This document shows positions 13,434-27,090 of a stretch of 64,000 bases of DNA, piece after piece. Each line of letters opens with the position of its first letter. Position 1 is the stretch's first letter. The position numbers and the translations under genes are program-made. Location of the stretch: the NCBI GenBank assembly GCA_964016885.1, contig OZ024745.1, forward strand, positions 45,694,001-45,758,000. The letters run 5' to 3'. Source of the DNA: Eledone cirrhosa. Lineage: Eukaryota. Below the pieces are notes generated by a model. It did no database searches. It was given only the letters and a program-made list of their open reading frames with translations, and was not told the DNA's origin.

Positions 13434-13440
<7 letters not shown>
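13031..13440. mobile_element. Fold-back PLE terminus (family C)
   Basis: ~160-bp arms at 13077-13236 and 13280-13440; terminus TTGTTATACTTGGGGAGGGTCAT is related to family B; second copy at 32706-33407. Confidence 0.75.
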
Positions 13441-13473
<33 letters not shown>

Positions 13474-13556
13474 CACTCGATGCACAGGACGAGTGTATAT
13501 ATTAATAAGAACGATGAAGTTTCGTTTACACGTATTTAGATGTTATTGTGTATCGA

Positions 13557-13646
13557 CCTGTTACGCGCGTTTCGCAGAGGATTGGCTCAGGGTCACTAGT
13601 AGAAGTTATGGACCCCATTCCATTATCGATCTGTTCTTCAGACAGG
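13557..13646 (-). ncRNA. Type I hammerhead ribozyme with a long stem II
   Basis: Minus strand: CCTGT-CTGAAGA-[ACAGA...~60 nt...TCTGC]-GAAA-CGCGCG-TA-ACAGG. Confidence 0.8.
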
Positions 13647-14148
13647 CGATGCGACAAAAAATACTATATTTCTTTAATTGGTCTTGTTGTTGCTGCTGCT
13701 GCTAATGCTGATGATAATGATGATGATGATGGTGGTGACATTAATAATAATAGTTAAAAGAAGAAGAAGAAGAAGAAGAAGAAGAAGAAGAAGAAGAAGA
13801 ACCCACTCCATGAGCATGTTTTCCAATGATCTGGAAGACAAATGTGATATAAAATGTGTAGTTTAGTTGAACGGGATGAGCAAACATTAGAGGTGGTCAG
13901 GCCTAGCTGCCACGCGGGCTACGATATTTTAAAGTTATATATAACACATATATAATTCTATAAACATATATGTAATATGAAATAATAGTAATCATGAAAA
14001 CGTCATATATTATTCTTCACGAGATTTATGCATTGTAAACATACATACATACATACGCCCACCCCTCCATACACACACTCACACATGCATACAAATACAT
14101 ACACACACACACACACACGCACACACACATACATATATATATATGTAT

Positions 14149-14339
14149 ATAACGAAGGAATTGTGGTAAGGAACCAGATGGACATAACTCACCAGAGTAC
14201 TCAATACTTAGGGTAGTAGAGTGGGTAATAGGAAAAAGTATGAACCCGACGGCAGAGCTCAAGCCGTTTCGACGGTTATTTCTGGACTATTGTCCAGAAT
14301 AGCCGTCGAAACGGCTTGAGCTCTGGGGTCATACTTTTT

Positions 14340-14342
<3 letters not shown>
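14149..14342. mobile_element. Fold-back mini-PLE (family A)
   Basis: Same tail and hairpin as 12190-12371, centred on TCTGGAC-tatt-GTCCAGA. Confidence 0.75.
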
Positions 14343-14400
<58 letters not shown>

Positions 14401-14404
<4 letters not shown>

Positions 14405-14759
14405 TTAAGGATACTATTTATGGTTATGTATATACTAAAACTTTTTATAGTTATATATATTTTAAACCCTAAACAGTGAAAGGCAGTAATTTATTACTAC
14501 CTTATTACCAGTAAGATAAATATCTCAATGTAATAACATCAGTTGTTCTACAGAGCAGTTATATAGAAATCACATGAATCAAAGTTCTGTTCAAACCATT
14601 TATTAGCTTACAATTGTTTCGTCCAAACCGAGGTTTGTGTTGGAAAGGAGGTCATGTATGTAAACAATCATTGAAAAATTGCTCCGAAGACCCAAACCTC
14701 GGTTTGGACGAAACAATTGTAAGCTAATAAATGGTTTGAACAGAACTTTGATTCATGTG

Positions 14760-14767
<8 letters not shown>
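14401..14767. mobile_element. Fold-back mini-PLE (family D)
   Basis: Arms 14561-14637 and 14693-14769; the right arm keeps an almost complete HHR, while the left arm stops in stem II. Confidence 0.75.
14681..14724 (+). ncRNA. Type I hammerhead ribozyme with one core substitution
   Basis: GCT-C(C)GAAGA-C-CCAAACC-tc-GGTTTGG-AC-GAAA-CAATTG-TA-AGC, then TAATAAA. Confidence 0.7.
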
Positions 14768-14802
<35 letters not shown>

Positions 14803-14850
14803 TTTACAGACGCTTAGAAACAATAAAGAATATATATATATATATATATA

Positions 14851-15030
14851 AAATAAAGAAATTGTGGTAAAAACCAGGTGGACCATAACGCACCAGAGTA
14901 CTCGATACTTAGGGTAGTAGAGTGGGTAATAAGAAAAGAGTCAGGAAAGTTTCGACAGTTAGATCCGATCTATTCCGATCTAGCTGTCGAAACGGCCAGA
15001 GCTCAGCAGTCGGGGTCCTGACTCTTTTAC
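14851..15030. mobile_element. Mini-PLE family A, fold-back with an internal deletion
   Basis: Same tail as 12794. GTTTCGACAG...CTGTCGAAACGGCCAGAGCTCAGCAGTCGGGG; flanked by the direct repeat ATGCATTTACAGACG. Confidence 0.7.
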
Positions 15031-15106
<76 letters not shown>

Positions 15107-16488
15107 TGCATTTACAGACGGATGATACTAGAAGAGACATTTATTGGTCTAGGAATATTGCCAAATGTGATTGCGTTGTTTCTCTGTAATTACAAACAGT
15201 ACAACTTTAACATTGTATATTTTGCTGTAGTTAATATAGAGAGCGATGGTGGAAATACAAATTTACATATTTTTATAAAATCTTATTTTGGCTTCATGCT
15301 CTTGTTCATAGCTATGTGATTTATTATTTGTTATAGTTCTCTATGTATTTTCATAGGAAATGAGGATAATGAATTTATATTTCAATAATTACTATGTGAT
15401 GGATAAATATTATTTAACCTCTAACGTTGTTTGCGAAATTACATAGCCTAGGGCTTAGGGTGTAGGACTTACGATCATAATGTGATATATTTAATTTATG
15501 GACAGGGGGCGACGTTGTGTTCTTCAGAAAAACACTTTATTTCACGTTGCTCTACAACTGAAAATGAGAAGTAGTAGTAACTCAGTTAACCATGCGATGG
15601 ACTGGCGTCCTGTCCGCCGGGAGTGGGAGGAGGGGAGAGTTTGTACTCTTATTCGCTTAACGACGAGGACAACCAGGTTAATCACCGAGCTGGTGAGCCT
15701 TTGGACTTCAGATAAAAAAGAAACGACAATAACATTGTTTCAAGCTTTATAATATATCTACATTAGGTCATGATGGTTTATGTTTGTATTGCTAGCCCGT
15801 CTCTTATAAATATTATTAGCATGTTGGTCTCAATATATGAGACTAGACGCAATAATCTCAAGATTTTAATAATGAAACAGTGTAGTAACGTCAAGTGTGG
15901 AAATATTGAACACTATTTTACGTTACAATATTTTCATGTTTCAAATGGCCGTAAGTTCTACATAAACTGCATCTACGTGTTGAATTATAATAGAGGGCTT
16001 TCTCCTATTAAAACAAATTATCTTTCTATTACTTTTATAATGTATTTATATTTGAGTCTTTATCGCCATGGATTGACTGAGTCGTTAAAGAGTAGTAATA
16101 TTTGTTCCAGCACTTTTTGTTCTCAGTTCGAATCTGGTCGAAGTCTACTTCGTCTTTAATCGTTCCGGGGTCAATATAATAAAGTACCAATCAAGTACTG
16201 ACAGTATTCTTCACCCAATAATCAATTTGCTGGCTTTCTGTCTAAATTGTTTACCTCAGAACCCGGAACAGTTGTATTCTTTTAGCTGCAAGTCTTCCCT
16301 AATTGAGCAGTCCGGTGATCAAATATATTTTAGTGGTGACAAATCTATTTTCATTTTCGGACGTTCTATATTAGCCAATGTAACCTTCCTTCGTAAAGAT
16401 AATTGGTTGGGATTTGAAAGAGATTAGTCTGCTATTTCAAACATGTTCAGAGACAACATACAGGTTCCTTCATTTTTTTATTTAGAGG

Positions 16489-16519
<31 letters not shown>

Positions 16520-16541
16520 GTTGCTGCTGCTGCTGTTCTTG

Positions 16542-16573
<32 letters not shown>

Positions 16574-16897
16574 GCTGCTGCTGCTACCGTTTTTACGACT
16601 ACTATGACTATTACTTAGAGCAGACATTTGGTATTTCGTCAGGCTATTCCCAAGGGATGCTTGTTGTTCCGAATTAATATCCAACTAATGAGTGTTTAAG
16701 TTAACGTCCCTCTTTTGACATTTTCAGTAAATATAGCGATCTAATGACTATATAAACATGTTTCAGTTATTCTTATAATCTAATATACATGAATCGTTAC
16801 GTATATTATTAACATTTTATGCTATCTCTTTTATACATGTGTATATTTATGTATAAATGATATGTGCACATCTCGTAAACAAACAGCTACGCCTGCA

Positions 16898-16969
<72 letters not shown>

Positions 16970-16974
16970 CACAG

Positions 16975-17015
<41 letters not shown>

Positions 17016-17118
17016 TTTTCTGCCCTACTTGTCCTACGGTCGAGTTCTTACCGTAAGGCAGAAAATAATTATAATACACGGAGTAATGGTCTTACTTGCC
17101 TTAACTAGTAACATCCCA

Positions 17119-17173
<55 letters not shown>

Positions 17174-17448
17174 GTATGTATATATATATATATATTGAAA
17201 TGTTAGAAGTTTCAACATTTTAGTTTTTATACTATGAAAAATACATTAGTCTAACAAATTGGGCATAGAATCCCTGGATGGAAAAAAAAAAAAAGCTGAC
17301 AGCGTCGCCCGTAGGATTCGAACTCACATCCACCGTATGTTGAATTGACCGAGCTATCGACTACTTCAAAGAGAGGTTGACATATTTTCCCTTATTTTTA
17401 AGTCTTATCAATCGACTAGAATGTAAATAATTGTTTCTACTTTTGGCA

Positions 17449-17746
17449 CAAGGCCAGCAATTACCCAGTGCATTACTGGTACTTTATTTCATCGACCCCC
17501 ATGAGGATGAAAGGCAAAGTTAACCTTGGCGGGCTTTGAACTCAGAATGGCAAGGGACGTAAATAATTGTTTCTACTTTAGGCACAAGGCCAGCAATTAT
17601 CCAGTACATTACTGGTACTTTATTTTATCGACCCTTAAGGATGAAAGGCAAAGTCAACCTCGGCGGGATTTGAACTCAGATCGTAAAGGGACATAACTAT
17701 GCTGGAAAGCATGGCGTCCGACCCTCTACCGATACTGCCAATCCAC
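17449..17746 (-). mobile_element. tRNA-SINE: one full copy and one tandem 5'-truncated copy
   Basis: Reverse complement of the 7522 family; TSD ATTATTTAC. Confidence 0.85.
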
Positions 17747-18072
17747 GTAAATAATGATCTGTTTTAAGAAGCGTTGAGCGGATCTGTATTTATTAAAAAT
17801 TTAGAAGCTTCACCGTATTCTTTTACTATGAAAAATAGTCTAAAGACTTCAAAATAACGGAAGATCTGTCAGCATCGCTTTGAAGCAATTGGTAGCTCGT
17901 CCCGTCCGGCATGCAGCATATGTGAGATCGTGACGCTGAGATGACGCGGTCAACTTTTTTTTTCGTTCAGGAGCTTTCATGCCCAATTTTTACACCTCTG
18001 GATCTGTGAGCCTCATATATGCCACTGCGGATCCACTGTGGATTCCTTCTCTTTCCAATCACAGTCATCCCG

Positions 18073-18320
18073 TTATAGTGTTGGCCACCTCCCACGCCAT
18101 ATTGCACTCAACGAGATTATAAAACATGGCCTGGATGGAGCAGGTTTCCCTTCCCAGATCCGACCGGTGGGGATGGATCGATGGGTCGGCAAAAAGCTAC
18201 ACGGCATGACAATTTTCCCGTTCCGTGGAGGTAGGGCCCTCATGTTGAACACTACATGATGTAACAGCTTCTCTAGCGGCAATCTGGTGAATTCGGCTAC
18301 TAGCCCAGGCGAAGGAGGGA
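18073..18320 (+). pseudogene. CRE-clade RLE fragment (N-terminal half of the endonuclease)
   Basis: GHLPRHIALNEIIKHGLDGAGFPSQIRPVGMDRWVGKKLHGMTIFPFRGGRALM matches the decayed RH..LN.II....L..AG.PS..EP.G.DR.DGKRPDGMT.FP consensus. Confidence 0.7.
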
Positions 18321-19166
18321 AAACTGTCCAAGTATCTGCCGCTCGTTCATAAGTTTGTGGTGTAACCTGTGGCAGCAAAGAATTAGGCAGTAGAGACAGT
18401 GGCATATATATATGCGCGCGCGCGCGCGCGTGTGTGCATGAATTAATTGTTTTGTGCATAATGATCTATAGAAAAACTAATTGGGCACTCAATACATGTA
18501 ACAGAGTAAATATTTTTTTTTAATCAAAGAATAAACTGGCAGTAACTTTCAAATTTCGGTTTTAATTAGCCTCTTCTTGTTAAAGTTGAAAACGGTGAAT
18601 GTTTGTGCTTATCTTTAGTTTGTATGTGTGTGAGAGAGTGTATGCATGATGGTTAAGGAGAAAAGGAAGTCATGGAAGTATGATGCTTATAGACATAAAA
18701 TGAACGTGGATTGTTAAGTCTCAATGATGTCACGAGAGAAAGAAAGAGGAGGGGACTTGAAATTAATAAGGAGAGAATATAAAACAAACCATAAAAGAAT
18801 GTGAATGAAAACCATGATTAAACCCCTACTCAAGGAAAAAGTAAATAAGAGTTCACAAACGTTGAAAGGCAGATAATATTGGGACTGTGTTTTAAAATGT
18901 ACGAAATGCATACAGTGAGTGCAAAACAAAGCCGACATACAGAAAAAGGAAAAGAATGCGTCAGAAATGGAGTCAATGGGAGCAACATAAAGCAATTTAT
19001 GGGAAGCGGGAGCTGGATTTAGTAACTCAAAATTGATTGGTAGGGTCATTTAGTTCATATCGTTTGGGCTAGAAACAGATCGATTATGACTCGATCAAGG
19101 TTGATATAGGGACAAATAAGAACTGTTTATATATATTCATTTTCTTAATGCTAAATAGCGAATTTT

Positions 19167-19210
19167 GTTGCTCTGGAGTTTCGCCTGGTTCTCACAGGGT
19201 CATCAACAAC
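19167..19210 (-). ncRNA. Degenerate hammerhead ribozyme next to (TA)n
   Basis: Minus strand: GTTG-(T)TGATGA-C-CCTG-tgagaac-CAGG-C-GAAA-CTCCAGAG-CAAC. Confidence 0.55.
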
Positions 19211-19219
19211 ATATCATAC

Positions 19220-19296
<77 letters not shown>

Positions 19297-19470
19297 ATAT
19301 GATTTATCGAGGCATTGGGATGATTTAGAATTAGGAATGTTAAAATTCAGACACTTGGCCGGTATGCAAGAGGTACACAGTTCAACGCTCTGTAGTGGCT
19401 GTTGTCACTTATTTTCTGTCTCTAAGGGAAATTCTAATGTTATTATCATTGTAACGAATCTGTGCATCGA

Positions 19471-19507
<37 letters not shown>

Positions 19508-19995
19508 TATTCGCACTAACCCGCGTGCATGTATACTCACACAATCTGTGTGATTTTTTATGAGAGTGTGCCTATACATTTATTATAAGATCTATACATG
19601 AGAGAATAGGAAAAAATGTAACCTTATATTTTCCTCCTGCTGTATTTTCCGATTGCGCTTTTAATGCTTAGAGGAACTATCTGATAATGAAATCTTTCTA
19701 AATGGACGTAAATAGAACTGAAAGAACTAATGACATGGATCCCAAGTACTCGGATCTAAAATTGAAGATAAATTTGATATAGCTAAAAATCATAAACTAT
19801 ACCTTATCACGAACATTGTGACTGGATTTAGTTTCACGATAGAGGCAAATTTGTCGAGCATATTTTGCAAAATGTACGTTTTGACCAGTTTTGTTTAGTT
19901 CTCAAATATCTCAGTTGTTGAGTCCGTTTGTTATTATTAATATTATTGTTGTTGTTTCTGTTATTTCCTATAATGGAATTTATTATTATTATTAT

Positions 19996-20460
19996 TCCAA
20001 GTTTACTCAGTTGTTAGACTGAAAGCAATTTGAGCAGAATATCTGCAGTTTTCAACAAATAACTTTCATTTTGATAACTGATAATAATACTCCTATAATT
20101 ATTGGTATCGTTTAAGTGAGTTTGTCCCACACCCTATCAAGTTCGACTCTCAACTTAGTGTAGATGTCTATTTTTTGGTGGATTTCCTTCCCTCTGATAA
20201 AATGGACCGACACATTAATTATTCAACACTTGTTCTCATTCTTAGCCAGCATAATGATATCTGGCTTTCTGTGCTGACTTCAACTATTCTCTCAGTCGAT
20301 GTTCTCATCAACGTTTTCAGCTACTAGTCGAAGAAAAAGGTAATGTCACTCCACAAGTTTCACTGAAGATTAGGATCTTCTCTACCCCTTTGGATATTCA
20401 ACCAGCTAGTGAAACTTCTTAGTCTCTGGAAACTGCTTGATAACGCACGCCTCCTGTACA
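19996..20460 (-). pseudogene. Decayed R4/Dong-like RLE C-terminus ending in (TAA)n
   Basis: Minus strand reads ...HRKPDIIMLAKNENKC*IINVSV...KIDIYTKLRVELDRVW...IPIIIG; abuts TTA repeats at 19980-19995. Confidence 0.6.
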
Positions 20461-21065
20461 GATAATCAAAGTGTGTATACATATTTTGGGACACCCTATA
20501 TATATACATACATATATGTGTATGTGTGTGTGCGTGTGCGTAACGTATTCACCATTTCAAATTTCTACTCAAATGTCTAATTAGCATATGAGTTTCAAAT
20601 AATTCCTTTTGTCTCGTAAGCACACAGTTTCAAAATTAGAGTTCATAACCGTATAGGAGATTGTGTTACGTGCATGGTTTTGTGAAGGAAATTTGCTACT
20701 TAATTAAGTGAAATAAAGAATCAGGAACAAAATACTTAGCCAGAGCGTTTTGTTCATTATTTCGTATCCATTGCTACATATATTAATACTATGTTTCCCT
20801 AATACCCAACGGACAAACCGTTTCCTCTATTACTAAATACTAACATTAAATATTAAAACTCATTAGTTTCAGACACACCGTAATCTTAATACCTTATCTC
20901 CCCTTAATACCTTATCTGACATTGTGAAACTTTTAAAACTCACTTTATCCCTGGACAGCGTTTTTACAGAGGACACTCTTTCTTCCGCGCCAGCAGAATA
21001 TCATATAAGCACTAAAATGCAAACGTACTTGTGCATGTACGCACGTAGCTGAAGAAAGATAAACA

Positions 21066-21108
<43 letters not shown>

Positions 21109-21754
21109 CAGTAAAATAAAATTAATATCCAAACCATTAGTGCTTGGTAACCTACGTCTGATAAATGTAGCCATTATCATTCTACAGTTATCATAGGGAA
21201 AAAAGAAAGCATTTAGGATTTAACAGCGAAAACAATTAGCTCTGAGGGTCAGATCCTTAGCGTATATTGTTTGCATGCCAAACAACAATTCAACAGCATG
21301 CAATGTACTTTTTTACTGTAAGTAATAGCCTAAAACAATAAGCTGAACAGAACAGAATAATCTAAAGATTGATTGTCATTAGTCAAGATCTGGTGTGACT
21401 AGTGAGGATACGTGTGAAAATAAACTGAATGAATAGCAGCAATAAAGAACGAGTTGCAGGAGAATTTATACATTGGAGAAATTTAATCGTTTGTTATTTT
21501 ATAATTAGCTGGATTGACAGAATCGTTAGAGGGTCGGATGAAATGTATTGCAGTATTTCATTACGACTTTTCCTAAGTTCTGATTTTAAAATAGCCGAGG
21601 TCAACATTGGTTTTCATACTTCCGAGGTCGATAAATTACCAGTCACTACTGAGGACTATATAATCGACGTTTTCTTTGTACCTAAAACTAAATTAGCTAT
21701 CATCATGACCACCATCATCATCATCATCATCATCATTATTATTATTATTATTAA

Positions 21755-21957
21755 GGTCGTGGTTTGGCAGTATTGGTAGAGCGTCAGACATTATGCTTTA
21801 CAGCATAGAATTACGACCCTTTAAGTTCTGAGTTCAAATTCCGCCGAGGTTAACTTTGCCTTTCATCCTTACAGGGTCGCTAAAGAAAGCACCAATAATG
21901 CCCTGGGATCGATTTAATTGACTTTCCCCTCCCCTTCAAATGTTTGGCCTTGTGCCT
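21755..21957 (+). mobile_element. tRNA-SINE, longer subfamily, in (TTA)n
   Basis: Family core is present, plus an extra GATCGATTTAATTGACTTTCCCCT segment. Confidence 0.75.
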
Positions 21958-22274
21958 TGGCTAAACACTATACTGGACCTCGTCAATATCTCTTCTTTTT
22001 AGTTGAAGTGCATGGGTTTGTAACATAATTTCTCTTATTTGTCTTAAAACTACCGTCTTGTCTTTTGGCTATTCTTTTTACTGCCCTTGTCCCCTAGAGT
22101 CAGTTGTATTGATCTTAAAGCACTGAAACAACGTATCTCTAGCAACCGACTGATCACATGGGATGCTCTATGCTTCGTTTGTTTTCCTTTCTTCATTCAT
22201 ATATATTTTTTTCATATTGTGTGATTTTAGCCACGTGGGACTCTTTTTTTCATATATACATACACACACACACA

Positions 22275-22370
<96 letters not shown>

Positions 22371-22436
22371 GAGAGAGAGAGAGAGAGATTGATATATAAA
22401 TAGATAGACACTAGTTATATATATGTGTATGTATGT

Positions 22437-22472
<36 letters not shown>

Positions 22473-22517
22473 ATCATATATATATACATACATATTGCAT
22501 ATATATATATATATATC

Positions 22518-22764
22518 TAGGGAGTGTAACTTGGAGTTACTGCAGGTTCACCCGGGTGAGCACTCGATGTTTAGGTTCAGTTCTGTGTTGAGGTGTAGAG
22601 CTATACAGAGTGTAATATATTGAAAGGATAACAAAGACGATTGGTTACTCCTTCATTACATTTATTGGTATATGACGCGCGTTTCGCCACTGATCAGCTC
22701 AAGGTTCGATCTGTATCGATCTTACCCGACTCAATAATCGGCAGCTCGACGGACCCTTTAAAAT

Positions 22765-22767
<3 letters not shown>
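22518..22767 (-). mobile_element. TA-flanked mini-PLE with a decayed long-stem-II hammerhead
   Basis: Minus strand: CCGTCGA-GCTGCCGATTA...TGATCAGTGGC-GAAA-CGCGCG-TC...AATAAA; terminus shared with 2819. Confidence 0.6.
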
Positions 22768-22798
<31 letters not shown>

Positions 22799-23312
22799 TT
22801 GAATTATTAATATGCTTATGTATGCTTGTATGTATTTACAATTCTATGTATGGATTTTATGATTAATGAACTGTATTCTAGCAACTTATTCTCGCTGAAT
22901 TAAGCAGTGTATCAATTCGTCCGGGAGCGTGTGTCGTGAATAATCACAAGAATGCATGAAAAACTAAGGGACTTCAAGGAAGTTTCCTCAAACAAGTTTT
23001 GCCATTTCATAAGTTCATCTTGTTTTAATTTTCTGACTCATTATTACCTTCCTTGAATTAAGTAGACGTCGACGAAGGTTTATTTGTGTGTTTTTTATCG
23101 CAGAAGTTACTATAAAATACGCCTGAAATAATCTATACCCTCACTATAAATACTCATACGTATATAACAAAACAAGTATCATCCATGTGTTACATCAACA
23201 TACAGAGTCAATTCTTATACATCATCAGAGACGCAGAAATCATGCAACAAATAAGAATAAATAACTATATCTGCGTCGTTATTTCGAACAAACAATTACC
23301 TACTCAAATAAT

Positions 23313-23494
23313 AATTGTTTTTACTTTTGGCACAAGGCCAGCAATTACCCAGTGTATTACTGGTACTTTATTTTATCGACCCCCGTAAGGATGAAAGGCA
23401 AAGTTAACCTCGACGGGATTTGAACTCAGAATAGCAAGCAACTCTATGCTTCAAGGCACGGTGTCCGACCCTCTACCGATACTGCCAATCCACC
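23313..23494 (-). mobile_element. tRNA-SINE, main family
   Basis: Full-length match; TSD ATTATTATT. Confidence 0.85.
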
Positions 23495-23543
23495 GAATAA
23501 TAATGGTTTTTCATTTAGGCACACACAAGGCCAACAATTCGAG

Positions 23544-23868
23544 CTGGCCGTGTAGGCAACACGGTAAAAACCTCCCAGCCCCACACTGTAAATGTGGTTG
23601 GTGTTAGGAAGGGCATCCAGCTGTAGAAAACCCACCAGACAGTCCACGCTGTAATGTGGCCGTGTAGGCAACACGGTAAAAACCTCCCAGCCCCACACTG
23701 TAAATGTGGTTGGTGTTAGGAAGGGCATCCAGCTGTAGAAAACCCGCCAGACAGTCCTATGCGAGCAAGACAATCACTCTTGCCTCAAGTGGGAAAACCC
23801 CCGTCCAAACCCATGCAAGCGTGGAACACGGACGTTAAACGATGATGATGATGATGATGATGATGATA
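23544..23868 (+). mobile_element. SINE/LINE 3' fragment with a (GAT)n tail and an internal ~111-bp tandem duplication
   Basis: TGGCCGTGTAGGCAACACGG...AGGAAGGGCATCCAGCTGTAGAAAACCC occurs twice; ends GACGTTAAACGATGATGATG; relative at 29696-29860. Confidence 0.65.
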
Positions 23869-24144
23869 ACCCTCAACCAACCTACATTGTCAATTCAGGA
23901 AAAAGTCTTCGCTTGCCGGTGACCGTATTAACTGAATTGTGCCCATTACGCATGAGCAGATATAGCTCATATACATCCTGCCTACCATACACGAAAGTAT
24001 ATGAACATAGTCTATTGACTTCACGGATATATCAGAGTAAATATACCAAGTACCTATAGTTTAGGCTATATATCGACTATATCGATCTAATTTACAATAC
24101 GGTTTTATCGAATACACCTTTTTCTTCATAAATTCTTTTATACT

Positions 24145-24352
24145 ATGCGTGTGTGTGTGTATGTGCATGTGCGTGCACGTGTGTGTTTGTTTGTGCGTGT
24201 CTCTGTGAATGTGTGTGTGTGTGTATGTGCATGTGCGTGCACGTGTGTGTTTGTTTGTGCGTGTCTCTGTGAATGTGTGTGTGTGTGTATGTGCATGTGC
24301 GTGCAGGTGTGTGTTTGTTTGTGCGTGTCTCTGTGAATGTGTGTGTGTGTGC
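24145..24352. repeat. 64-bp-period minisatellite (~3.2 copies) derived from a GT tract
   Basis: Unit ...ATGTGCATGTGCGTGCACGTGTGTGTTTGTTTGTGCGTGTCTCTGTGA starts at 24145, 24209 and 24273. Confidence 0.85.
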
Positions 24353-25789
24353 GCGTATTGCTACATTATAGATAGAACCTGTCCCACACGCAATCACTCT
24401 ACGCATATGTTGATGTGTCTGGGCAATAATATCATTCTAGATCGAGGTTAACGTGGAAGAAAATTCAAATATACAATTTATTAGCTTTCTGTATTTATGA
24501 AACTTTCATTTTCTGCTTTTAATTTAAGATACATCTTTCATAGAAGAATTTATTGATGCTATTTATAGCTTCCACTTTGCTGATTACATAAGTAGCAATC
24601 TCCCACAATGTCAATTGAATAAATACCATTCTAAATAACAAAAGTAACACATCCTTGATTTAAACCAAAAGAATTAAGCATTTGGAAATACAAAGTGATC
24701 GAAGCTAGGATGTGCTGTCTTTTGAAGATAACTTTTTTAAAAGCGACGAAATGCTTCAGATTTAAGATACCATTACTCTTCTGTACTTGTGAAGACATTA
24801 TGAACTTCTTCGTTGAGAGAATGTGTGAATGTGAATATATCAAAGTATATTAAACTGCATTGATATTCAAGAATAAAAAATGAATAGAAATTATGTAAAG
24901 TTTCGAAATTCCGAATTACGAAGAAGCCTCTAATGTGACAATCTACTACCAGAATTAAGAGCAACGTCTCCCTAAAATTAAACCTTACGACATTTAAAAA
25001 ACCACCATCAACGACGACGGGATTTTTTAGGACAACAACTAAAACAACTTTAGAATTTCTCTGAAAAACTATGTAAACTAAATAGTTTACACGAGTTTGA
25101 ATATTCAAAGTATAACAAGCTTAATGCGGCTTTAGGAATCTACGTATTTTAAGTTAAAGTGAATTCACTCTTATTACGCTTATAAAGGATAAGAGATCAG
25201 TAGACTTATGTGAGCAAGGCCAGCAGGTAAGTCAGGGTGCTACCTCAGTAGTTACATATAGTTCTGGTGACTGTACTGATTATGTACGAGTGCAATGGCA
25301 ATTACATAAACAGGTATTAGTCGGGGCAGAATAATGTAGAAACTAGGTAATACGACAGCCGCGGCCTGATGGTTTCTGTCGTCCCCATACTTATAATTGG
25401 CGTAGGTTGGATGTTTTACTGAGAATGCTGGGGTGTGCTGTTGAACAGCGTATTTCGAATTAATTTAAGACTGGTACGGGTATATGTATTCTGGGTAGGG
25501 TTGGTTGTAGTATTATGAGTTGTTTGAGTTTATAGATAGCAATCTATTGGATTAGATTTGTTTACGCTCTTGATAAGGCAAATGACAGTATAGCCATATA
25601 CTAAACATGATACATGTCAACAACTAGACTACATTCATCTGAATCATACCTAAGAGAACTGGTAAAGAAATGAAGAAGCCCGTCCAGACATAATATTGTA
25701 GGACTGGTAAAATACATGCACAATGATACATATCTCAAGACCTTCTGGAAAGGATATTGCCCGAATAGAAGTATAAAACCTGTACTTAT

Positions 25790-27090
25790 TTTATGGGGTA
25801 CGCGTGAAGATTGTGCTTTCTGCGTTGTGCTATTGGATCGATATCTTGCTCAAGATATGTTCTGTTCCAAGTAGAATTATATTTTTGTACTGTGTGTATG
25901 CTGTGGCCTGTATGGCTTTGTATATATTTGTTTTATTATATATTGTGCATCAATTAGTATTGGCGTTGTGTCTACCTTCTTGCCATCATAATGTTTACTT
26001 CGATTTTCAGACCCTTATATATGACAGTTTTCCACTTTTTTCAGAGAATATACTGGTCAGTTATAACAGTAATAATATTTATCAGTGAGAATATTTTTGA
26101 TGGTCCATTCGTTGATTATTATATCTGGACTGTTGCCCTGATCTTGTCAGTTGAGATGGAAATATCCCAGATGATTGTGGACAGTCTATTGTCTTGTACC
26201 ATGTTTGTTGCATGTTTATACAACTTCGTGTCTGTTTTTACATCGCCGCATTGGCATAATGCCTAGTGGATATAGTTGCCAGTTAGATCATGTCTATGTA
26301 CATATTCAGACTTTGCAAAAGACTGCGCAGCTGGGGAGGATGTGGTCAACCATCGCATTGTCCTGGTTTCACAATCTGAATTTGCTGTCAAGATCGGCAT
26401 TCATTATTTTATCCTTCTGGGCGGTGAATTGGCAGTATCGGTAGAGGGTCGGACACTATGATTTGACGCATAGAGTTACGCCCCTTGCCATTCTGAGTTC
26501 AAATCCCGCCGAGGTTAACTTTGCCTTTCATCTTTACGGGGTTGATAAAATAAAGTACCAGTAATGTACTGGGTATTTGCTGGCCTTGTGCCAATAGTAG
26601 AAACAATTATTTTATCCGTCTGGTTGTTTCTAGTTAGACATTGGTCTTTTACAACATGAATCAGTTGTCCTGTTTCTGTTTTTTTTTTTAACCAAAGCTT
26701 TTGAGCCATTGTTGACGTTCACTGTTTTACTTCCCCGTCAAGACGTCCGTGTTATTAACTATGGCATAGTTTTCTCTTCATTTCCTTTAGATTATATTTT
26801 GTAAAACTGCATTTTAACATTCCTTTTGTTGTTGCTTGCTGCTTTAACCTCTGTTCTATTGTTCTTCTCTATATTTGTTGTTTCAGTGTGGTAAGTCTAT
26901 AGCTTGTATATAGAGAAATGGTATTTTCGTGTTCCTTTATTATATTTATCAAACGTACTCTATTTGCTTCTAAGTAATTTTCCAATGTTACTGTTGTTAT
27001 TTTACAGTAATATTTCTATTTGTATCATATCATGCCCTCGTTGTGTGTGGGTAGATATTTTCTATCTATAACTACTTAGTGTTACCGGGG
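25790..27090 (-). pseudogene. Heavily decayed R4/Dong-like LINE 3' region, interrupted by a SINE
   Basis: Minus strand ILLGTEHILSKI (cf. LLGTARTLRYVL in the intact ORF) and VDHILPSC...RHD zinc-knuckle remnant. Boundaries are approximate. Confidence 0.5.
26419..26607 (+). mobile_element. tRNA-SINE, main family
   Basis: Full length; TSD ATTATTTTATCC. Confidence 0.85.

Noticed and set aside
24631-25108. Possible minus-strand exon after an acceptor at ~25041
   Set aside because: No convincing donor and no recognisable protein; may be UTR but is unsupported.
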